A stretch of DNA of 64,000 nucleotides from NCBI GenBank assembly GCA_003151975.1, contig PLZD01000009.1:65508-129507 (forward strand), written 5' to 3'. The stretch comes from Elusimicrobiota bacterium. Its GTDB lineage: Bacteria; Elusimicrobiota; Elusimicrobia; UBA1565; UBA9628. Numbering within the stretch: position 1 is the stretch's first letter; each line of letters opens with the position of its first letter. Under the pieces are notes generated by a model. That model saw only the letters and a list, made by a program, of their open reading frames with translations. It was not told the origin of the DNA and searched no databases. This document shows, one piece after another, positions 58,247-64,000 of this stretch. A program made the translations under genes and the position numbers.

Positions 58247-59547
58247 AGACCTTCGTCCTCGACACCAATGTCATCCTTCACGATCCGTACGCGATGTTCG
58301 CCTTCTCCGGCTCCCGGGTCGTCATCCCGCTGACCGTCATCGAGGAGCTTGATACCTTCAAGCGGAACAACGACGAGCGCGGCCGTTCGGCGCGCCTCGT
58401 GGCGCGCAAGCTCGACGAGCTGCGCAAGAAGGGCAAGCTTTCCAATTGGGTCGACCTGGACCACGGCGGCAAGCTGCGCGTTGAAATCCAAGTCTCCGAA
58501 GGCCTTCCCAAATCCTTCTCGGCTCACACCAAGGACAATGAAATCCTCTCCTGCGCGATGTACCTGCGCAAGACGGGAGAGCAGGTCGTGTTCATCTCCA
58601 AGGACATCAACCTGCGCATCAAGGCCGAGGCGCTGGACCTCGAGACGCAAGACTACGAAAAAGAGAAGATCGACATCGCCGAGCTTTACCGCGGCTGGCG
58701 CGAGATCGCGGTTCCTTCGGAGGCGATCGACAAGTTCTACAAGGAAAAGAAGGCCGTCATCGAAGGCCACGAGTTCGTTCCCAACGAGTTCGTAATCCTC
58801 AAGAGCTCGACGGGTGGTTCGCAGAGCGCGCTCTCGCGCTACGACGTCAAGCAGATGTGTTTAGTTCCTTTGTTGAAGGGCGACTCCGCCCCGTGGGGCG
58901 TCAAACCTCTCAACACCGAGCAGCGCTTCGCCATCGAGCTTCTGCTCAACAAGGATATCCAGCTGGTCTCGCTGGTCGGCGTCGCGGGCTCGGGCAAGAC
59001 GATGATGGCCTTGGCCGCCGCCATGCACCAGACGCTCGAAGAGAAGCACTACCGCCGCATCTTGATCGGCCGCCCCGTCGTCGCCGTCGGCCACGACATC
59101 GGATTTTTGCCCGGAACCAAGGAAGAGAAGCTCACCAACTGGATGGGCGCGATCTACGACAACCTCTCCTACTTGCTCGAGCGGCCGAAGGGCTCGCTTG
59201 AGACGAGCGACATGGACATCCAGATGCTGATGGAGGAGGGGACCATCGAGATCGAGGCCGTGACTTACTTGCGCGGCCGCTCGCTGCCCAATCTCTTGAT
59301 CATCATCGACGACGCGCAGAACTTGACCCCTCACGAAATCAAGACGATCATCTCGCGCGCGGGCATGGGCGCCAAGATCGTCCTGACCGGCGATCCTTAC
59401 CAGATCGACAACTACTACTTGGACGCCGCGTCCAACGGCCTCACCAATCTCGTCGAGCGATTCAAGGGCCAGGCGTGTTTTGGCCACGTGACCTTCACCA
59501 AGAGCGAGCGTAGCCCGCTGGCGGCGCTGGCGTCCGATCTGCTTTAG
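58243..59547 (+). CDS. PhoH-like ATPase with N-terminal PIN domain (YlaK family)
   Basis: N-terminal PIN (VLDTNVILHDP...). Walker A motif GVAGSGKT and PhoH C-terminal motifs. Overlaps the hemW stop. Confidence 0.85.
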   Translation: MKTFVLDTNVILHDPYAMFAFSGSRVVIPLTVIEELDTFKRNNDERGRSARLVARKLDELRKKGKLSNWVDLDHGGKLRVEIQVSEGLPKSFSAHTKDNEILSCAMYLRKTGEQVVFISKDINLRIKAEALDLETQDYEKEKIDIAELYRGWREIAVPSEAIDKFYKEKKAVIEGHEFVPNEFVILKSSTGGSQSALSRYDVKQMCLVPLLKGDSAPWGVKPLNTEQRFAIELLLNKDIQLVSLVGVAGSGKTMMALAAAMHQTLEEKHYRRILIGRPVVAVGHDIGFLPGTKEEKLTNWMGAIYDNLSYLLERPKGSLETSDMDIQMLMEEGTIEIEAVTYLRGRSLPNLLIIIDDAQNLTPHEIKTIISRAGMGAKIVLTGDPYQIDNYYLDAASNGLTNLVERFKGQACFGHVTFTKSERSPLAALASDLL

Positions 59548-59576
59548 GCCCGTCGCGCCCGCACGCCGCGCGTGAA

Positions 59577-60020
59577 CTAGAAGGAGCCCGTGAGCACGCG
59601 CGCGCGGCCGGCCATGGGGAGCTCCGACTCCTCGACGCGCAAGCCCGCCGCCTCGGCCAGGCCGCGCAGGACTTTCATCCAGGACTTGTAGGGACTGCCG
59701 TCGTCGGAGCAGCAGGGCACGATCGAGAATGGCCGCCTGTGCTTGGCCGCGTACTCGACTATCAGGCGGGTCGCGCCGTCGGGATGCATGCCGACGACGA
59801 GGTCGCAATCGCAGGGCTCGTCGAGAGAGAATCGGCGCTCGTTGAAAGGGACGGGGAGCCTCTTCACGCGCACGTCGTAGGTCAGGCAGTCGAAGCCGAC
59901 CTTCGAGAGCTCCGCGTTGAGGCGGCCCATGCCGCCGGCGACGTCGTAGACGCGGCGCGCGTCGGGGAAGCGCTCCCTCAGGTACCGCGCGAAGAGTTCA
60001 AAGCGCCGCTTGTCCGCCAT
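59577..60020 (-). CDS. Small class-I SAM-dependent methyltransferase-like protein
   Basis: Motif I-like VYDVAGGMGRL and acidic motif II FDCLTYDV. 147 aa. Confidence 0.45.
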   Translation of the reverse strand: MADKRRFELFARYLRERFPDARRVYDVAGGMGRLNAELSKVGFDCLTYDVRVKRLPVPFNERRFSLDEPCDCDLVVGMHPDGATRLIVEYAAKHRRPFSIVPCCSDDGSPYKSWMKVLRGLAEAAGLRVEESELPMAGRARVLTGSF

Positions 60021-60091
60021 GACGCAGTATAGCCCTAGATAAAGGGAATGGCAAGAATTCAGAATAGCGGCGATTGAATCAGCCAGTCATT

Positions 60092-60976
60092 TCAAGGTAT
60101 ATGCGTGTGGTAGAACCGCACGAGCCGCTCCGTATACTCGGGCCCCGCCGTCGCGGCGCACTGCGCGTGGCCGGCGCCGGGCACGACCCAATGCTCCTTG
60201 TGTCCGCTCAACTTCCCCAGCAGAGCGTCGACCATGTCCGGCGCGGACATCCGGTCGTCGGCGCCCGTGATCGCCAAGAGCGGCGTTTCGAACTTCGCGG
60301 CGACCCTGAGGGGGGCGAACTCCTCCGGATCGCCGCCCATTCTCAACTTCAGCCAGCGCAGGACCAGCGGGATCAACGGGAAATACGGGATGCCGTATTT
60401 GGCGCGCAAATAATGCCTGACGGCCAAATCGTGCGACCGGAATGGGCTTTCGAGGACGGCGGCTCTAAAACCGCCGTGTCGCGTGAGGCCGCAGAAAGAA
60501 ATCATGGCCCCCATCGAAAGCCCGAAGACGCCGTGGCTGTCGTTAGGGCGGCGGGACTTTAGAAAATCGGCGGCAGCGTCGAAGTCCCGGTTCTCGAGAT
60601 AGCCGACGCTCAGTATGGTGCCCTCGCTTTCCCCGCAAGCCCGCGTATCGAAATAGAGGAGGTTGAAGCCGCGCGCGGCCAGGGAATGCGTGAATCTCAG
60701 GATTTCGCCTTTGTTGGTGCTCCAGCCGTGCAAGAGCAGAAGCGTCAGCGAACTCGGCTCCGTCGCCGGGATGAACCAGCCCTTGAGGGCCAATCCGTCG
60801 ATGGTCCGGCAGGTCACGGACTCGTAGGCTAAGCCGTAGTCCTCGGGCCGCACGGTCAGCGGAACACGGCGATTGCCCGTCAGTATCCGATGCGCGATGA
60901 AGAAGCTCAGCCCCGCGAGGACCGAGGTCAATGAGAACACTGCCAGCAAGGCCGGGAACACGCTGCATTGTACCAA
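60092..60976 (-). CDS. Alpha/beta-hydrolase-fold protein with N-terminal TM anchor
   Basis: Motif LLLHGWSTNKGE (HG oxyanion) and nucleophile elbow GLSMGA. Confidence 0.75.
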   Translation of the reverse strand: MVQCSVFPALLAVFSLTSVLAGLSFFIAHRILTGNRRVPLTVRPEDYGLAYESVTCRTIDGLALKGWFIPATEPSSLTLLLLHGWSTNKGEILRFTHSLAARGFNLLYFDTRACGESEGTILSVGYLENRDFDAAADFLKSRRPNDSHGVFGLSMGAMISFCGLTRHGGFRAAVLESPFRSHDLAVRHYLRAKYGIPYFPLIPLVLRWLKLRMGGDPEEFAPLRVAAKFETPLLAITGADDRMSAPDMVDALLGKLSGHKEHWVVPGAGHAQCAATAGPEYTERLVRFYHTHIP

Positions 60977-61024
60977 AAGGGTCTTTCGCCGACTGAAAGA
61001 CAGCGGCCCGTCAAGAATCGCGGC

Positions 61025-61870
61025 TTAGTGCGGCGGCTGCTGAGGCGGACGCTGCGCGCGATTCTGGCGGTTCACCGAGGGCTTGTTCTGCCCCGCGGGC
61101 CGCGCGCCGCCGGTCGCAGCGGTCGTCGCCGTTCCGCCCGTGCGCTGCGGGGACGATGCCTTGCCGCCGCCCGTTGAGCCGCCTTGCGGGGTTCCGCCTC
61201 TGTTGCTTCCGCCCTGAGATTGCTGTCCGTTGTCGCGGCGGTAAGCGTCGCGGCGCTCCGCCTCGCGCCGCTCCCGCTCGCGCCGTTCCCTCTCGCGGCG
61301 CGCCTGGCGAGCGCGTTCCTCGCGGAGGCGCTCTTGCTCCCCTTGATTGTCGCCGTGCCCCTCGATCTTTTGCGCGCTATGAATGTCGCGGACGCCTTGC
61401 CGAACCTCATGCGAGCCCTCGCGCTCCAAGGCCCGGCCTTCCTCCCGCAGCTCGCGGCCTTTTTCTCCGCCGACTTTCTGCCCCTCTTTCATGAGGCGCT
61501 CGCCGGTGATCTCCTCATGCACTCCTTGATTGATATCGCGTTCTCCCTGGCGAAGCTCGGAATGGGCGCGGTGGTCGGCGCTATCGCCGTTGCCGGACTG
61601 CCCGTTGGTCGTCTGTTCGCCGGCCGGCGGCGGAGCCGTCGCCTGGCTGGAGTCGGGAGATGTCGTCACGGGCTGGGACGGCGCCGGCGAGATCGTGCCG
61701 GGCGCCGGGGGAGGCGGCAAAGTCCCAGGCGGCGGCGTTTGAGAGGTATCTGTGTTCGACGGCGGCGCCGCGTCGGGATTTGTCCCATCGGTGTTGTCCT
61801 GGGCCCGGCTTGCGTTGGGCGACAGGAGCAAGGCTCCCGCCACGATAGAGAGGACAAGAAGACGCTTCAT
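61025..61870 (-). CDS. Secreted Pro/Thr-rich plus His/Glu/Arg repeat protein (paralog of the 13842..14567 gene)
   Basis: Start MKRLLVLSIVAGALLLSPNASRA (signal) with a GGAGGAATC RBS. Core ADHRAHSELRQGERDINQGVHEEITGERLMKEGQKVGGEKGRELREEGRALEREGSHEVRQGVRDIHSAQKIE, followed by RERERRERERREAERR. Confidence 0.6.
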   Translation of the reverse strand: MKRLLVLSIVAGALLLSPNASRAQDNTDGTNPDAAPPSNTDTSQTPPPGTLPPPPAPGTISPAPSQPVTTSPDSSQATAPPPAGEQTTNGQSGNGDSADHRAHSELRQGERDINQGVHEEITGERLMKEGQKVGGEKGRELREEGRALEREGSHEVRQGVRDIHSAQKIEGHGDNQGEQERLREERARQARRERERRERERREAERRDAYRRDNGQQSQGGSNRGGTPQGGSTGGGKASSPQRTGGTATTAATGGARPAGQNKPSVNRQNRAQRPPQQPPH

Positions 61871-62035
61871 GATTCCTCCGGAATTTCGGCGCTTTAAAGA
61901 TCTGGTACTTAGGTTAGCCCGGGCCTCAGAATTTGTCAATGTGACTTTACTTCAGCGGATTTTCGAAAGACGAAGCCTACGAACGAAAGCGGGCTTGAAT
62001 TTCTTACGAGGCAAACCGTTTGCCTCGTAATTGAA

Positions 62036-62362
62036 TCAGCCTTTCATTGAGCGGCGGATGTAAAGAAGGAAGAGCGCCGTGGCGGCTACGGTGCCCAACA
62101 GAACTCCGTAGGCGCGGCGCTTGCGCGACTCAAGATCGCCGGAGCCCGATAAATCGACGTCGGCGGCCCGCCGAGCGGCGCGCTCAAGGCGTTCTTTTAT
62201 TGGAGTGGATCGGTCCTCGGCAGAGACCTCGAACCGCCGGCCCGTTTTCTTGTCCACGAGGACGGCGGATTCCCGGGACTGTGCCGTCTGCTTGAGTTCG
62301 TAGGCGCCGAAGGCGAACAAGAGAGCCAAGGCAAAAGACCAAGTGTAGCGGAGGATCTTCAT
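62036..62362 (-). CDS. Small membrane/exported protein (hypothetical)
   Basis: N-terminal signal/TM and a C-terminal TM (LGTVAATALFLLYI). G/C-rich third positions. Confidence 0.4.
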   Translation of the reverse strand: MKILRYTWSFALALLFAFGAYELKQTAQSRESAVLVDKKTGRRFEVSAEDRSTPIKERLERAARRAADVDLSGSGDLESRKRRAYGVLLGTVAATALFLLYIRRSMKG

Positions 62363-62404
62363 GTCCGCCGCATTATCTAAAATTTGCGGCGCCGGGTCCC
62401 ACCC

Positions 62405-63442
62405 CTAGCGAGTCGTTTCGGGGAAGAGCTTTCGATATTCTTCCGGATTGCTCTTCCTGTGGTCTTCGACGAGCTTGAGGCGCAGCGCGCGCCAAGCGGC
62501 GCCTTGCGCGCCCATCTTGCGCTGACGCGAGTCGTAGGCGAGAAATTCCCAAATCCGGCGTCCGTCTCCGGAGACCGGGCAGCCCGGCTTGCTCATCATG
62601 CGCTTCACGTAGCGCTTCCAGATCTTGTCCCCGGGCATGGTCACGCGCGGGTCCTTGAAAATCTCGGTATCTTCCTTGCGGGCCTGCTCGAGCCCCTGGG
62701 GGGATAGTTCGAGATACTGGGCGTTGATGGGCCGGGCGATCGTGTGGCAGGCGGCGCACTTGACCCGGAAAATCTTGTAGGACTGCCGCATCTCCTCGGG
62801 GTAGCCGGAGACGTCGATCCGATCCGGGCCCGCGTCGTTCGGAAATCTCGGAGAAACAAGCGGGTTTGAGCGGTTTTCGGCGTAGGGGAGCCGGGCCGGA
62901 TTCTTCGGCGCCGGGGAGGCGTCGTAGATCATGAAGACGTCGTCGGCGGCCTTCGCGGCAAACTCCGCCAGGCCGCGGTCGATCTCTTGCTGGGTCACCG
63001 CGCCTTCATCGGCGAGCCACAAGCTCAACGGATGCTTGGCGCCGCGGAACTCCAGCCGCTGGTCGTAAAGGGAACGCCCATCAGACGGCTGGACCAGCCG
63101 GGCACGCGCGTGAATCACGAGAGCGGGTTTGCCGTCCGAGGGATCATCCTTAGCCAACGCGACGCGCACGATGCGGACCTCGAGCACCGTGGATCCGACC
63201 TCGTCGTGGTCGGCCGCGATTGAAACCCCGTTGAGCGAGCCGACCGCCATCACCAGCTCGTCGCTCAGACGGACTTGCAGCGCGATGCCGGAAAGAACCT
63301 TCGCCAGGGAAGCGTCGATCTCGGGGACGAAGCTCGAGCGCGAAACCGTGATCAGGCCTTTCTCCTTTGGCGCCGCAACGGCCAAGGACGCCGCCGCCAG
63401 CAATACGACGATTGTCAGTCGTGGGCTAAATGGGATTCCCAT
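62405..63442 (-). CDS. Exported protein with a single CxxCH haem-c-like motif (hypothetical)
   Basis: Signal peptide LTIVVLLAAASLAVAAP. The motif FRVKCAACHTIARP is the only cysteine pair in the protein. Confidence 0.5.
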   Translation of the reverse strand: MGIPFSPRLTIVVLLAAASLAVAAPKEKGLITVSRSSFVPEIDASLAKVLSGIALQVRLSDELVMAVGSLNGVSIAADHDEVGSTVLEVRIVRVALAKDDPSDGKPALVIHARARLVQPSDGRSLYDQRLEFRGAKHPLSLWLADEGAVTQQEIDRGLAEFAAKAADDVFMIYDASPAPKNPARLPYAENRSNPLVSPRFPNDAGPDRIDVSGYPEEMRQSYKIFRVKCAACHTIARPINAQYLELSPQGLEQARKEDTEIFKDPRVTMPGDKIWKRYVKRMMSKPGCPVSGDGRRIWEFLAYDSRQRKMGAQGAAWRALRLKLVEDHRKSNPEEYRKLFPETTR

Positions 63443-63532
63443 GCGGCTAGATTATGCCCGCTTAATCGAGGCTGCGCAATGGTCGGTTGGGCTCCCGTTA
63501 TTTTGTAGAATTATTCCGTCAAGGAGCCGGTT

Positions 63533-63919
63533 ATGAGCGAAAAGAAAAAGAAGGTCCTCGTCATCGACGACGAAGTGTTGATCCGCGAGGTCGTCAAGGC
63601 GACCCTCGTCAATTCTAATTTCGAGGCGGTCACCCTGGAATCGCCGAAAGAGGCCGAAGCCGTCATTCGCAAGACCAAGCCCGACCTGATCCTGATGGAC
63701 CTCTACATGCCCGAGCTTAACGGGCTTGAGATTTTGAAGAGGCTCAAGAAGGATCCCGAGACCGCCAAGATCCCCGTGATCATTTTCTCGGGTTCCCAGG
63801 AGCGCGCCGACATTTTGGGCGGCCAGCAGATCGGCGTCTACGAGTACGTGACCAAGCCCATCGATAACCGCGTCCTCGTGGCGAAAATTCGCTCCGTGCT
63901 CAACCTCCAGGGGAAATAG
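63533..63919 (+). CDS. Single-domain response regulator (CheY-like receiver)
   Basis: Sequence KVLVIDDE...KPDLILMDLYMPELNGLEILKRLK...PVIIFSG, carrying the acceptor Asp and a conserved Lys. Confidence 0.85.
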   Translation: MSEKKKKVLVIDDEVLIREVVKATLVNSNFEAVTLESPKEAEAVIRKTKPDLILMDLYMPELNGLEILKRLKKDPETAKIPVIIFSGSQERADILGGQQIGVYEYVTKPIDNRVLVAKIRSVLNLQGK

Positions 63920-63923
63920 CTCC

Positions 63924-64000
63924 ATGGAGCTAGACAAAGCCTACGCGCCCTCTCCCGTTGAACAGAAATGGGTCGAGGCCTGGGATGCCGCCAAACTTTT
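63924..64000 (+). CDS. Aminoacyl-tRNA ligase N-terminus (valS/ileS-like), truncated by the window end
   Basis: MELDKAYAPSPVEQKWVEAWDAAKL resembles class-I ValRS/IleRS N-termini (..Y.P...E.KW...W). Only 25 codons are visible. Confidence 0.4.
   Translation, partial: MELDKAYAPSPVEQKWVEAWDAAKL

Noticed and set aside
62005-62027. Perfect 10-bp stem ACGAGGCAAA-CCG-TTTGCCTCGT between the 62036 gene and the 61870 gene
   Set aside because: It could be an intercistronic stem-loop, but there is no flanking U-run on either strand, so I did not call it a terminator. I list it only as an uncharacterised hairpin.

Overview
This is a high-GC (~65-70%) Gram-negative chromosomal segment, densely packed and largely syntenic, with no rRNA, tRNA, CRISPR array, transposase, integrase or reverse transcriptase that I could recognise. 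Housekeeping genes include purH, ligA, a riboflavin operon (ribD-ribE-ribBA-ribH-nusB) extended upstream by two Zn-dependent alcohol dehydrogenases, lpxD, speA, a Sir2 deacylase (cobB), era, hemW, PIN-PhoH (ylaK-like), an SPFH protein, an S46 peptidase, a prolyl oligopeptidase, an OPT transporter, and the start of an aminoacyl-tRNA ligase. Between these sit many predicted secreted or lipoprotein envelope proteins. I could not identify an unambiguous new multi-gene system. The best candidates for novelty are: (i) three paralogous C14 caspase-domain lipoproteins, two of them a ~80%-identical tandem pair at the left edge of the window; (ii) a MoxR-DUF58-DUF4129 operon with a 111-bp in-frame tandem duplication in its linker; (iii) a cluster of secreted hydrolases (RNase T2, a DUF4157-like HExxH protein, a caspase lipoprotein, unknown exported proteins); (iv) two tandem cysteine-rich HExxH metalloprotease-like paralogs; (v) two distant paralogs encoding secreted His/Glu-rich repeat proteins that share an identical RBS context; (vi) a ~87-bp AT-rich nested palindrome carrying four GTTCAC(T) half-sites, lodged between nusB and the ligA start codon; (vii) an orphan HigA-like HTH gene inserted inside the rib operon; and (viii) at least three near-consensus sigma70 promoters whose -10 hexamer ends exactly 6 nt before the ATG, implying leaderless mRNAs. 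All calls rest on reading motifs in the translated ORFs. No database search was possible.
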